A stretch of DNA of 64,000 bases from Acidimicrobiaceae bacterium (GTDB lineage: Bacteria; Actinomycetota; Acidimicrobiia; Acidimicrobiales; Aldehydirespiratoraceae). The translations under genes and the position numbers were made by a program. The notes under the pieces are model-generated. The model was not told the DNA's origin. It did no database searches and saw only the letters and a program-made list of their open reading frames with translations. Shown here piece after piece: positions 22,846 through 31,938 of the stretch (positions within the stretch are counted from its first letter, which is position 1; every line of letters begins with the position of its first letter). The stretch lies in the NCBI GenBank assembly GCA_026706815.1, contig JAPOYA010000029.1, positions 4,556 to 68,555 on the forward strand, given 5' to 3'.

Positions 22846-24405
22846 ATGAGCACGCGTCGGCCCAATGTCCTCTTCGTCATCACTGATCAGCATCGAGCAG
22901 ACCACGTCGGCTTCATGGGCAATCAGGTGGTGAAGACGCCGAACCTCGACGCGATCGCCGCCCGCGGGACAGTGTTCGAGAACGCCTGGGTCAGCAACCC
23001 GGTGTGCATGCCCAACCGATGCACGATCATGACCGGCCGCATGCCGAGCGGCCACGGCGTGATCTTCAATGACCGATCGCTTGAATGGAACGCCAACACC
23101 CACGTACGCCAGTTCCGGGCAGCGGGCTACCGGACCGCGCTGATCGGCAAGAGCCACCTCCAGCACGGAATGAGCAGCGAGTCGGTGTTGCAGATAGTCG
23201 ACTCGCCTGCGGTCGCTGATCCATACCCGCCGGGTTGGAACCACCTCGAGCACCCGCAGTTCTATACGGACCGCATACCTGATTGGCCTGACGACTTCTA
23301 CGGTTTCGACACCGTCGAGTTGTCGATCAACCACGGTGCCAGCGTCGCCGGCCATCACTACCACTGGGCAATCGAACGCGGGGCACGCCATGAAGACCTC
23401 GCCGTGACGCGGCAATCTCCTGACAATCCGCGTCGGCGCGGTGGTGACGTGTGGTGGCAGGTCTACGAGCCTCCCTATGACGAGGAGTTCCACTCGTCCT
23501 CCTTCGTCGCCGAGCGCACGATCTCGTTCATCGAGGCGGCGGCGGCAGAAGGATCGCCCTGGTTGGCTTGGGCATCGTTCCCGGATCCTCATCACCCGTT
23601 CACCCCGCCCGGACGGTGGTTCGATCGTCATCGACCCGAAGACATGGAGCTGCCGGCGACATTCGACGACCCGCTGGAGGGAGCTCCCGGGTTCCTGCGC
23701 CGCTTCCAGCAGAGCACCGTTCACGAACAGGCCGTCTACGTGTCCCACACCGGCGCCACCAGCCCCGAGGTGACTCGTGCCGCGATGGCCGCGAACTACG
23801 GCACGATCGAGATGATCGATGACCGCGTCGGCCAGATCCTCGCGACGATCGACCGACTCGGCGTGTCGGACGACACCATCGTGGTCTTCACCTCCGACCA
23901 CGGCGACATGATGGGAGATCACGGACTCCTGTTGAAGGGGACGATGCACTATCGCGGCGTGCTGCAGGTTCCCCTCGTGATCGTCGATCCCCGGCGCAGC
24001 GGAGCCCGCACAGATTCGCTCGCCAGCAGCATCGACCTCGGGCCGACACTGCTCGACCTCTGCGGGCTTGAGCAGTACCACGGCATCAAGGGAGTCAGCC
24101 AGGCGCCGGTGTTGGACGGTCCTTCCACATCGGTACGCGACTGCGTGCTGGTTGAGGACGACATCGATCTTCGGCACATCGACTGGTTCCCAACGACGAT
24201 TCGCACCCTCGTAACACCCACGCACCGCTATTCCCGCTACAGCACCGGCGAGGATCAACTCTGCGAGTTGTGGACGGACGACGACGAGCGAACGAACCTC
24301 TCGTCCTCGCATCCGGAGCTTCGCGCTCAGATGATCGAGCAACTTGCCGACGCAATGATGGCGCACTCCGACAAGGCCCGCGGCGCACCGGTGGCAGGAG
24401 GTTGA
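22846..24405 (+). CDS. Sulfatase (arylsulfatase family, Cys-type)
   Basis: 'NVLFVITDQHRAD' and the sulfatase signature 'CMPNRCTIMTGR' (C-x-P-x-R), then 'FTSDHGDMMGDHG'. Confidence 0.9.
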   Translation: MSTRRPNVLFVITDQHRADHVGFMGNQVVKTPNLDAIAARGTVFENAWVSNPVCMPNRCTIMTGRMPSGHGVIFNDRSLEWNANTHVRQFRAAGYRTALIGKSHLQHGMSSESVLQIVDSPAVADPYPPGWNHLEHPQFYTDRIPDWPDDFYGFDTVELSINHGASVAGHHYHWAIERGARHEDLAVTRQSPDNPRRRGGDVWWQVYEPPYDEEFHSSSFVAERTISFIEAAAAEGSPWLAWASFPDPHHPFTPPGRWFDRHRPEDMELPATFDDPLEGAPGFLRRFQQSTVHEQAVYVSHTGATSPEVTRAAMAANYGTIEMIDDRVGQILATIDRLGVSDDTIVVFTSDHGDMMGDHGLLLKGTMHYRGVLQVPLVIVDPRRSGARTDSLASSIDLGPTLLDLCGLEQYHGIKGVSQAPVLDGPSTSVRDCVLVEDDIDLRHIDWFPTTIRTLVTPTHRYSRYSTGEDQLCELWTDDDERTNLSSSHPELRAQMIEQLADAMMAHSDKARGAPVAGG

Positions 24406-24524
24406 CTATGTCGGCCGATTTCGCCGGAGCGGCGGTGGAGCCCGTGACCACGTGACAGCCGAATCCAGCTATGAAGGTCGTGCAGGGTGGCTCCGCGCGA
24501 CCACGCCGAGCGAGCTGCAAGAAG

Positions 24525-24597
24525 CACCCCGTACGGGATTCGAACCCGTGTTACCGGCGTGAAAGGCCGGCGTCCTAGGCCGCTGGACGAACGGGGC
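24525..24597 (-). tRNA. tRNA-Glu (TTC)
   Basis: The reverse complement is GCCCCGTTCGTCCAGCGGCCTAGGACGCCGGCCTTTCACGCCGGTAACACGGGTTCGAATCCCGTACGGGGTG. The anticodon loop is CTTTCAC. CCA is not encoded. Confidence 0.9.
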
Positions 24598-24741
24598 CCG
24601 ACCAGAGAACCGGCCGAACGCCAGCATACGCCGCCCGGTCAAAGAGCGTGCGCCCATTTGCGTACAAGCACGTTGGAGCCAAGTGGCGAAAGGGTCCTTT
24701 CGCAACCGAGGCTCGACGGTGCGCCACTTGGCCGCGGCGAT

Positions 24742-25206
24742 CTACAGGTCGGGATGTTCGCTGGCAGCGGAGATGAGTTGCTCGAGGAGCCAGCCGATCC
24801 ATTCGTAGAGGGCGGCAGAGGCGGTGTCGGGCATCTCGTGGCTGACGAGGTCGATGCCGGCGAGGGCGAGTTGTTCACCCAGCACCAGACGGAGACTGTT
24901 CAGGCTCTGCATCCAAGCTGCGACTGCCGAGGTGTCGAGTTCGGCGCCGGAGAGTGTCGACTCGACGGTCTCGATGGCTTCGAGTCGGCTGCGGAGAAGA
25001 TCGTCGTCTACGAGTTCCCGATACGAGGACTCGGCCTCGGCGTTGTCGAGATGGGCGGGAGGCTTCAATCGCCTCAACGCTTCGTCCGTTTCGCCGCCGC
25101 TGATCAGCAAGTCGCGAAGATCCGACAGCACCTGGGCGAGCATCTCGCGTTCGCCGGAGGGGAGATCCACGACAACCACAGCGCCCTCGTAGCGGAATCG
25201 GCTCAT
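24742..25206 (-). CDS. DUF2017 domain protein (ClpS-associated)
   Basis: '[27 protein letters not shown]...[26 protein letters not shown]' resembles DUF2017. Its start overlaps the clpS stop by 4 bp (ATGA), the usual actinobacterial arrangement. Confidence 0.7.
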   Translation of the reverse strand: MSRFRYEGAVVVVDLPSGEREMLAQVLSDLRDLLISGGETDEALRRLKPPAHLDNAEAESSYRELVDDDLLRSRLEAIETVESTLSGAELDTSAVAAWMQSLNSLRLVLGEQLALAGIDLVSHEMPDTASAALYEWIGWLLEQLISAASEHPDL

Positions 25207-25490
25207 TCGTCCTGCTCCATGGTCGCCGAGAGGCCGTGTTCGTGAAGCCGGAAGACGTCGAACTCGGCTTTTTCTCTGGTCCCCGAAGACACCACAGCCT
25301 TGCCTTCGACGTGGACTTCCATCATCAGCCGGTGGGCTTTCTCGGCTGAGTAGCCGAACAGTTTCCGGAACACGAACGCCACGTACGACATCAGGTTGAT
25401 CGGGTCGTCCCAGACCAGCACCTTCCAAGGCCGCGCATAGGCAACCGACTCGTCGGCCTCTGTTTCGGGGGCGATCACTGGTGCCGTCAT
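25203..25490 (-). CDS. clpS: ATP-dependent Clp protease adaptor ClpS
   Basis: '[47 protein letters not shown]' is the ClpS core. Confidence 0.9.
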   Translation of the reverse strand: MTAPVIAPETEADESVAYARPWKVLVWDDPINLMSYVAFVFRKLFGYSAEKAHRLMMEVHVEGKAVVSSGTREKAEFDVFRLHEHGLSATMEQDE

Positions 25491-26455
25491 GTCACGGCTT
25501 CTGTTGGATCGGCTCGATCAACGGCCCGATTGACAAGGACCGCGGTGTCCACAGTCGTCGACAGATGCAGCCGGACGATGGCGATCCAACTCACAGAAGC
25601 CCCGAGGATATGGACCCCGACCAGCAGCACGGGGACACCGGCGAAGTACTGCCAGTAGCCGACCACGCCCTGGGCGATCAACAGGCTCACAGCCACCGTG
25701 GCACGCCGGCGGATCTCCGGTTGCTGTCGCAGATGAGCGGAGCGGATGAGCCACACGACTCCCAGCAGCAAGGCCAGTGCGATGATGCTGTGAACGCGCG
25801 TCACCTCGCGCACGAGGAACGGCAGGCGCTGAGCGACTTCTGCCTCGTCGCTCCCGCTGTGGGGTCCCGATCCCGTTACGATTGTGCCACTGACCAGCAG
25901 GATTGCACCGACTGCATAGACAATGCGCGCGGCTGGGGTGAACGGCCCGGCCACGCGGCGAGCAGCGCTGTCGTCACGCCCGGCCAACTCCACGAGCACG
26001 ACCGCGTTGGCCAGAAGCACCATGCTCAACAAGAAGTGGCCCATAGTGAACCTGGGGTCGAGCTCGGTCTTGACCAGCACCGCGCCCAGCACGACCTGTG
26101 CGGCCACCCCGGCGACTAGCCCCCACGACCAGAGCACCAGATCTCTTCGGCGGGGTGAGCGTCGCAGGGAGCCGAGCACAGCCAGGATCACCGCCGCCGC
26201 GACCACGCCGGTGAACAGGCGGTTCGCGAATTCGATCAGGGCGTGATATTCAAGGTCGGCAACGAACTGGTCCTCTTCGCAATTGGGCCAATCGGAGCAG
26301 CCAAGCCCCGAACCCGTGAGGCGTACCGCTCCGCCAGACACCACGATCACAGTCAGTGACCACAGCGCGCCGCGGGTCCAACTCGCGTAGCGAGCAGGGC
26401 TGACCGGCCCGAAAGCAACCGCCCGCAGCGACGTCGAAATAGAGGACACACTCAA
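25487..26455 (-). CDS. ctaA: Haem A synthase (COX15/CtaA family)
   Basis: Polytopic membrane protein with '[16 protein letters not shown]' and 'HALIEFANR', typical of CtaA. TTG or GTG start; it overlaps clpS by 4 bp. Confidence 0.85.
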   Translation of the reverse strand: MSVSSISTSLRAVAFGPVSPARYASWTRGALWSLTVIVVSGGAVRLTGSGLGCSDWPNCEEDQFVADLEYHALIEFANRLFTGVVAAAVILAVLGSLRRSPRRRDLVLWSWGLVAGVAAQVVLGAVLVKTELDPRFTMGHFLLSMVLLANAVVLVELAGRDDSAARRVAGPFTPAARIVYAVGAILLVSGTIVTGSGPHSGSDEAEVAQRLPFLVREVTRVHSIIALALLLGVVWLIRSAHLRQQPEIRRRATVAVSLLIAQGVVGYWQYFAGVPVLLVGVHILGASVSWIAIVRLHLSTTVDTAVLVNRAVDRADPTEAVT

Positions 26456-26467
26456 AGCGTACGGCCG

Positions 26468-27403
26468 GTGGCGTGGTCTTGGTTTCGGGGCCGTAGCCTG
26501 ACCGACGTGAGTGAAGCAACTGAGGTCCGATCTCGGTCTCGTGCCGCCGCCTTCGTGGCGTTGACCAAGCCGCGGATCATCGAGCTTCTGCTCATAACCA
26601 CAGTGCCCACCATGGTCGTGGCAGATTCTGGGATCCCGTCGCTCTGGCTGATCGTTGCGACCGTGGTCGGCGGGGCGCTCGCCGCGGGCGGCGCGAACGC
26701 CTTCAACATGTACATCGATCGCGACATCGACCGCCTCATGGAACGCACCAAGGGCCGTCCGCTTGTAACTGGCGAAGTCTCCCCGCGCCAGGCTCTGGTC
26801 TTCGCCTTCGTACTGGAAATCGGCGCCTTCGGATGGCTGTGGGGATTCGTCAACCTGCTGTCGGCTGTGCTGGCAGTTTCAGCCACCCTCTTCTATGTCT
26901 TCGTCTACTCGCTGTGGTTGAAGCGGACCTCTGCGAGCAACATCGTCATCGGCGGCGCCGCCGGAGCGGTGCCGGTTCTGGTCGGCTGGTCCGCGGTCGC
27001 CAACCGGCTTGACTGGCCGCCTCTGGTGCTCTTCGCGATCATCTTCGTTTGGACCCCTCCCCACTTCTGGGCGCTGGCGATCCGTTACAAGGAGGACTAC
27101 GCGGCCGCCGACGTGCCGATGCTGCCAGTCGTCGTGAGCCTCAAGAAGACCGCGAGCAGGATTGTGCTCTACACGCTGCTGCTGTGGGGCCTCACCTTGG
27201 TGTTTGCTCCCGTAGCCGATATGGGCTGGCTGTATCTGTGCTCAGCGGTGCTGCTCGGAGCAGTTTTCTCGGGCTTGGCGGTGCGAGTTTTCCGCAGGCC
27301 TGAGCCGCAGCGGGCAATGCGGCTTTTCGGCTGGTCGATCACTTATGTGACGTTGTTGTTCGCGGCGATGGCCGTTGATGAGGTGGTTCGCAATGGCGTC
27401 TGA
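26468..27403 (+). CDS. ctaB: Protohaem IX farnesyltransferase (haem O synthase)
   Basis: 'ALTKPRIIELLL', 'GGANAFNMYIDRDIDRLMERTKGRPL' and 'TPPHFWALA' are UbiA/CtaB motifs. The start is uncertain (26468 or 26507 GTG). Confidence 0.9.
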   Translation: MAWSWFRGRSLTDVSEATEVRSRSRAAAFVALTKPRIIELLLITTVPTMVVADSGIPSLWLIVATVVGGALAAGGANAFNMYIDRDIDRLMERTKGRPLVTGEVSPRQALVFAFVLEIGAFGWLWGFVNLLSAVLAVSATLFYVFVYSLWLKRTSASNIVIGGAAGAVPVLVGWSAVANRLDWPPLVLFAIIFVWTPPHFWALAIRYKEDYAAADVPMLPVVVSLKKTASRIVLYTLLLWGLTLVFAPVADMGWLYLCSAVLLGAVFSGLAVRVFRRPEPQRAMRLFGWSITYVTLLFAAMAVDEVVRNGV

Positions 27404-27553
27404 CAAACCGCTGCCGCCGGGTTTCTATTCTGGCGCTCGGGTCAAGGTAGGCTTCTCGGCTGGTAACCCAACTCAGCAATCCATTGACAGGCAACGCGCA
27501 GACACATATGCGCGGTGCTGTGCGCCCGGGGCGCTCGGAGGACATTCGCCAAC

Positions 27554-29272
27554 ATGACGATGACCGATTCACCACCAGCTGCGAACACCGCGCTGGCGGC
27601 CGCCTCGCCCCGAGTCGTCGGCCTCTTCGATGCTCTCACCACCACAGACCACAAGCGCATCGGCCGGCTGTGGATTCGGTCGGGCCTGCTCGGGTTGCTG
27701 GCGGCCACTCTCGTCGGCGTTGTCCTGACCATCGAGAACAGCAATTCGTCTCCCGACGACGTCTTCGGCGGGATCAACAACTACTTCCAGTACTTCAGCC
27801 TCTACCGATTCGGTCTGGTGCTGCTGGTGGTGGCTCCGCTGTTCGTGGGACTTGCCACGGTGGTCGTGCCGATGCAGGTAGGTGCAACGAACATCGCTTT
27901 CCCCCGGGCGGCCCACGGCGCGGTCTGGCTGTTCATGATCGGCGCGGGAACCACGGTCGTCTCCGTCGTGTCGGGCGGGGGTTGGGGGGCGTTGGACGGC
28001 GTCACCGGCGCCGAACAAGACGCCATTGCTTTGACCCTGGCCGGCACCGGACTGGTGATCGTCTCGCTGCTGGCGGCCTCTGTCTGTGTTGCAACAACGG
28101 TCGTGTCGCTGCGCACTTCCGGCATGAACCTGATGCGGGTGCCGTTGTTCGCCTGGTCAATGCTGGTCGCGGCCGGCGTTTGGCTGCTGACCCTGCCCGT
28201 GGCGCTCAGCAATCTCGTCTTGGTCTACTTCGATCTCCGCGGCGGTCCCAGAACGCCCGAATCGTTCGGCATCGCCGAGGGGTCGAACGCGATCTACTCG
28301 CAGATCGGCTGGCTGGTCGAGCAACCACAGATCTACGCGTTCGCGATTCCCGTTCTGGGTGTGCTCGGAACCATTGCGCCGGTGGTCGCGAAGCGCCGCC
28401 ATGCACAGCACGTGATCGCAGTCGCCCTGATCGGCCTCTTCGGCCTGCTCTCAGTGGGCGGCTGGAGCCAACCATGGTTCCAGGGCGACAATTACGACGA
28501 GAAGTTCGTGTTCATCGTCTTCGGGCTTTTCGCGGCGATACCGGTGCTCGGTTCGATCGGGGCGGCCGCTGACACAATCGTCGGGCGCGGTTCGGACGGC
28601 GATCCGGATCCAGGCGCAGACGTCGGCGGCGAGAGAGGCCTTGCGGGGCTCTTGTCGGTCTATGGCCTAGGTGCGATCGGTGCTGCTCTGCTGCTGCTCG
28701 CGGGGACTGTCGCCGGGCTGGCACGGGTGATCCAACCCTGGGATCTCGGTGACCGGACCACGGTGACCTCGGTTATGAACCTCGTGCTGTTCAGCGCGGC
28801 CGCGGCAGCGATTGCCGGCATCTGGTTCTGGGCGCCCAAGATCGGCGGCCGCGAACTTCCCGTTTCGACGGGCCGTCTTGCAATGCTCGACGTCGTGGCG
28901 GGCGCGGTCCTGCTCGGCGGAGCGGATTTCGTCAACGGGTTCTTAGAGACTCCCGCGTTCGGGTATCAGGTGGCGGGGAGTTCTGCGCCGCTTGTGGCTG
29001 AGCCTTCGAATCAGGGCTTCGTCGAGGCAATGAACGTGGTCGGAGCCATCGGTGCAGTGCTGATAGCGCTCGGTGCTCTGGCCGTGTTCGCAGCAATGGC
29101 GAAGGCCATGAGATCGAGCGGGGCGGTCGACGACAATCCCTACGGCGGTCAAACCTTGGAATGGACCACCTCGTCTCCTCCACCACCCGGTAACTTCTCA
29201 GAACCACCGGGGCGCGTCGTCTCTGAAGCTCCGTTGCTAGACACAGTGAACGAGAACGGGGAGGAGGCCTGA
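27554..29272 (+). CDS. Cytochrome c oxidase subunit I homologue lacking the canonical haem/CuB histidine ligands
   Basis: Shares 'TTDHKRIG', 'IAFPR', 'WFWAPKIGG' and 'TLEWTTSSPPPP' with the CtaD at 31939. FTMHG aligns to FSLYR, GHPEVY to EQPQIY, WAHHMF to GWSQPWF, and AHFHYV to SVMNLV. GGAGGA lies 11 nt before the ATG at 27554. Confidence 0.75.
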   Translation: MTMTDSPPAANTALAAASPRVVGLFDALTTTDHKRIGRLWIRSGLLGLLAATLVGVVLTIENSNSSPDDVFGGINNYFQYFSLYRFGLVLLVVAPLFVGLATVVVPMQVGATNIAFPRAAHGAVWLFMIGAGTTVVSVVSGGGWGALDGVTGAEQDAIALTLAGTGLVIVSLLAASVCVATTVVSLRTSGMNLMRVPLFAWSMLVAAGVWLLTLPVALSNLVLVYFDLRGGPRTPESFGIAEGSNAIYSQIGWLVEQPQIYAFAIPVLGVLGTIAPVVAKRRHAQHVIAVALIGLFGLLSVGGWSQPWFQGDNYDEKFVFIVFGLFAAIPVLGSIGAAADTIVGRGSDGDPDPGADVGGERGLAGLLSVYGLGAIGAALLLLAGTVAGLARVIQPWDLGDRTTVTSVMNLVLFSAAAAAIAGIWFWAPKIGGRELPVSTGRLAMLDVVAGAVLLGGADFVNGFLETPAFGYQVAGSSAPLVAEPSNQGFVEAMNVVGAIGAVLIALGALAVFAAMAKAMRSSGAVDDNPYGGQTLEWTTSSPPPPGNFSEPPGRVVSEAPLLDTVNENGEEA

Positions 29273-29859
29273 TGGTTACCACCACCGGTCTTCCGGCCCC
29301 CGAGACAACCCGCCCGCGCAGCCTGCTGGTGGGCACGATGTTCAGCTGTGCGGCGGCGTTCATGTTCTTCTGCGGCGTTATCGGCGTCTACATCCTCAAA
29401 CGGGCCGAGGCCCGCGACGAAGGAGCCGAGTGGTTCCCAGAAGGCGTCGTTGAACTCGGGCCCTCGGGTTTCATCTTCTGGACGCTGGTCCTGTCGGTTT
29501 TCACGGTTCAATGGGCCGTGCAGGCGATCAATGCCGACGACCGCATCAACGCCTATGTCGCACTGGCTCTCACCGGGCTGTTCGGAGCCGCGATCTTCAA
29601 TCAGATGTGGTTCATCATCAACGACACCGGGTTTGCGTCGGCTGCGGACAACGCCCAGTTCCTGTTCTTCATCGTCAACGGCACGTTCATCGTCTTTCTG
29701 ATCGCTGCGGTCGTGTTCGTCGCGCTGACGACTGTGCGTGCACTTGCCGGCCAGTTCGGACCGCGCCGAGCCGAAGCCGTGTCTTCAGCGGCTGTGGCTT
29801 GGAACACGGTGGTGTTCATGTGGGCCGTCGTCTACTACCTCATCTACATCACGAAGTAA
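29272..29859 (+). CDS. Cytochrome c oxidase subunit III-like 5-TM protein (degenerate)
   Basis: Collinear with the CtaE at 34014: 'GFHGVHVSLGIVML' aligns to 'VNGTFIVFLIAAVV', and 'YWHFVDVVWIFIFTVIYL' to 'AWNTVVFMWAVVYYLIYI'. ATGA overlap with the upstream gene, with GGAGGAGG as RBS. Confidence 0.65.
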   Translation: MVTTTGLPAPETTRPRSLLVGTMFSCAAAFMFFCGVIGVYILKRAEARDEGAEWFPEGVVELGPSGFIFWTLVLSVFTVQWAVQAINADDRINAYVALALTGLFGAAIFNQMWFIINDTGFASAADNAQFLFFIVNGTFIVFLIAAVVFVALTTVRALAGQFGPRRAEAVSSAAVAWNTVVFMWAVVYYLIYITK

Positions 29860-29866
29860 GGGTCAG

Positions 29867-30655
29867 ATGTTCACCACGGGCTTCAAGTTCTTCTTCGGAA
29901 TCGGGATGGCGTTGGCGACCGGCGCGGTCTTCTACGGCTACACGACGGGCGGCAACCATATGGGACCGCTGTCGATGGGATGGAAGGGCGGTATCGGCGA
30001 GCACCTCGGATACTCGTTGCTGTTGGGGCTCGGCGTCACTGCCATGACGGTGGCGCTGTTCCTGGTGTTCTTCCGGGATGCCGACCCTGCCGCTCAGGCC
30101 CACTACATGGGCGTCGAGCAGATCCCGACCAACAGTCTGGTCACCGCCAGCTTCTGGCCGGTGGTCGGCGCCTTTGCTGTGGGCACAATGGCGATAGGGC
30201 TGGTTCTGCACACAGCGGTGTTCGTCACCGGCTTGGTCGTCTGCGGCGTGGTCGCGATCGAGTGGCTGATGGACGGTTGGGCGGACCGGGCGACGGGTGA
30301 CCCCGAAGCCAATCGGGCTCTGCGCAACCGGGTGATGGCGCCGATCGAGATCCCGGCTCTGGGCGCCGCGATCGTGGCTTTGGGCGTGTTGGCGACCAGC
30401 CGGATCCTGCTGGCCACCTCGAAACTCGGGTCGGTGGTGGTGGCCGGCGTCGTGTCTGTGTTGATTCTCGGCATTGCGGTGTTGTTCGCTCGGAAGACCC
30501 GGATCAACAAGAACATCCTGGCGGGTTCGGTTCTGCTTCTGGCGGTGGCGGTTCTCGTCGGCGGAATCGTCGCTACCGTCACAGGCGAACGAGACTTCCA
30601 TCCACATGAAGTGCACGACGCGCCGCACGGAACCGATACCGGGGAGGGACACTAA
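29867..30655 (+). CDS. Polytopic membrane protein with an actinobacterial CtaF (oxidase subunit IV)-like core plus extra TM helices
   Basis: 'SFWPVVGAFAVGTMAIGLVL...IEWLMDGW' parallels 'SFWPLVLAVGLPLIGYGLIF...FAWALEP' at the C-terminus of the CtaD at 31939. About 7 predicted TM segments. The ATG at 29867 is in frame with ORF 29738. Confidence 0.55.
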   Translation: MFTTGFKFFFGIGMALATGAVFYGYTTGGNHMGPLSMGWKGGIGEHLGYSLLLGLGVTAMTVALFLVFFRDADPAAQAHYMGVEQIPTNSLVTASFWPVVGAFAVGTMAIGLVLHTAVFVTGLVVCGVVAIEWLMDGWADRATGDPEANRALRNRVMAPIEIPALGAAIVALGVLATSRILLATSKLGSVVVAGVVSVLILGIAVLFARKTRINKNILAGSVLLLAVAVLVGGIVATVTGERDFHPHEVHDAPHGTDTGEGH

Positions 30656-30656
30656 G

Positions 30657-31937
30657 GTGAGCGGTTTCATTCGCACAGTGTCCTCCCGGCCTTGCTCGCG
30701 GCGCCGGCCGGAGGGGTTGATCCTCGGACTTGCGCTGGTGTTGACCGGATGCGCCGCCGACGCGGAACTCGACACGTTTCAGGACCAGAGCGAGACCGCC
30801 CGCCAGATCAACGATCTGGCGATTCCCGTGTTCATCGTCGCAGGCGTTGTGCTGGTGCTCGTCTGCGGTGCCATCTTGTGGATGTCGGTCAAGAACCGAG
30901 TACCGGCCGACGACGATTACGAAGGCGAGTTCCCCACCCAGGTCTCACACAACAACAGGCTGGAGATCGGTTGGACGCTCGGCCCCTTCGTGATCATGGT
31001 CGTCATCGCGGTGGCCACGCTGGTGACGCACTTGGCAATCAACAGCACAGAGGCCAACGCCATTGAGATTCAGGTGGAGGTTGACGGCGAGGACGGCAAG
31101 GAAGGCAAGGTCGTGACTTGGGAGCCCAGAGTGGTCGTGGTCGGCCAGCAATGGTGGTGGGAGTACCGCTATTACCTGACCAAGGACATCACCACCGACG
31201 ACCTCGGCGACCCTTGGAACCTTCCCGAAGCCGACATCGTCACCGCAGGGCAGATGGTCATCCCCACGGGCGAGGAAGTCGAACTGATCATCACCTCGCG
31301 AGACGTCATCCACTCGCACTGGATCCCGGCGCTCAACGGCAAGAAGGACGCGGTGCCCGGGCTGTACACCCCTTGGAAGATCGAAGCCGACGAACCGGGC
31401 GTCTACTTCGGGCAGTGCACCGAGTTCTGCGGGTTGTCGCACAGCCGCATGCGAATGCAGGCGGTAGCGGTGACGCCGAGCGCGTTCCAGGAGTGGATCC
31501 ATGCTCAGATGACGCCGGCGACCATGCCGACGGACGAGAACTCCGCTGAGTACCGCGGAATGCAGGTGTTCTCGAACTTCTGCGCCAGCTGCCACCTGAT
31601 AAACGGTCTAAACGACAGCGACTACAACGGTGCCGAGACTGTCTCCGGAAGCGCCCCGGATCTCACCCATTTCGCGGGTCGAACCACGTTCGCGGGCGGT
31701 GTGTTCAACACCTACAACCCAGACGGTTCGCTCAACGACGACGATCTCGCTGCCTGGATCCGCAACCCCGATGATGTGAAGGAAAACTACGCGGACGACC
31801 TCCCAGAGGGCGCCCTCCCGCGCGGGATGCCCGACATGGGGCTCTCCGAGCGACAGATTGACGATGTGATCGCCTTGCTGGCCACGCTCGGCCCAAGACC
31901 GACCGCCGCCCAGATTCTGGCGACAGAGGTGGAGTGA
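30657..31937 (+). CDS. ctaC: Cytochrome c oxidase subunit II fused to a cytochrome c domain (caa3-type), lipoprotein
   Basis: Lipobox 'LVLTGC', CuA site 'HSHWIPALNGK...CTEFCGLSHSRM', and haem c motif 'CASCH'. GTG at 30657 follows GGGGAGGGA. Confidence 0.9.
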   Translation: MSGFIRTVSSRPCSRRRPEGLILGLALVLTGCAADAELDTFQDQSETARQINDLAIPVFIVAGVVLVLVCGAILWMSVKNRVPADDDYEGEFPTQVSHNNRLEIGWTLGPFVIMVVIAVATLVTHLAINSTEANAIEIQVEVDGEDGKEGKVVTWEPRVVVVGQQWWWEYRYYLTKDITTDDLGDPWNLPEADIVTAGQMVIPTGEEVELIITSRDVIHSHWIPALNGKKDAVPGLYTPWKIEADEPGVYFGQCTEFCGLSHSRMRMQAVAVTPSAFQEWIHAQMTPATMPTDENSAEYRGMQVFSNFCASCHLINGLNDSDYNGAETVSGSAPDLTHFAGRTTFAGGVFNTYNPDGSLNDDDLAAWIRNPDDVKENYADDLPEGALPRGMPDMGLSERQIDDVIALLATLGPRPTAAQILATEVE

Positions 31938-31938
31938 G

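Noticed and set aside
22624-24366. 580-aa minus-strand ORF
   Set aside because: It is fully antisense to the sulfatase gene, which has clear catalytic motifs. Its composition is Arg/Val/His-rich and low-complexity with no motifs.
27484-28572. 362-aa + strand ORF in another frame of the subunit-I-like gene
   Set aside because: It is extremely Arg/Gly/Pro-rich. The overlapping frame (27554-29272) shows collinear homology to CtaD and a regular TM-helix pattern.
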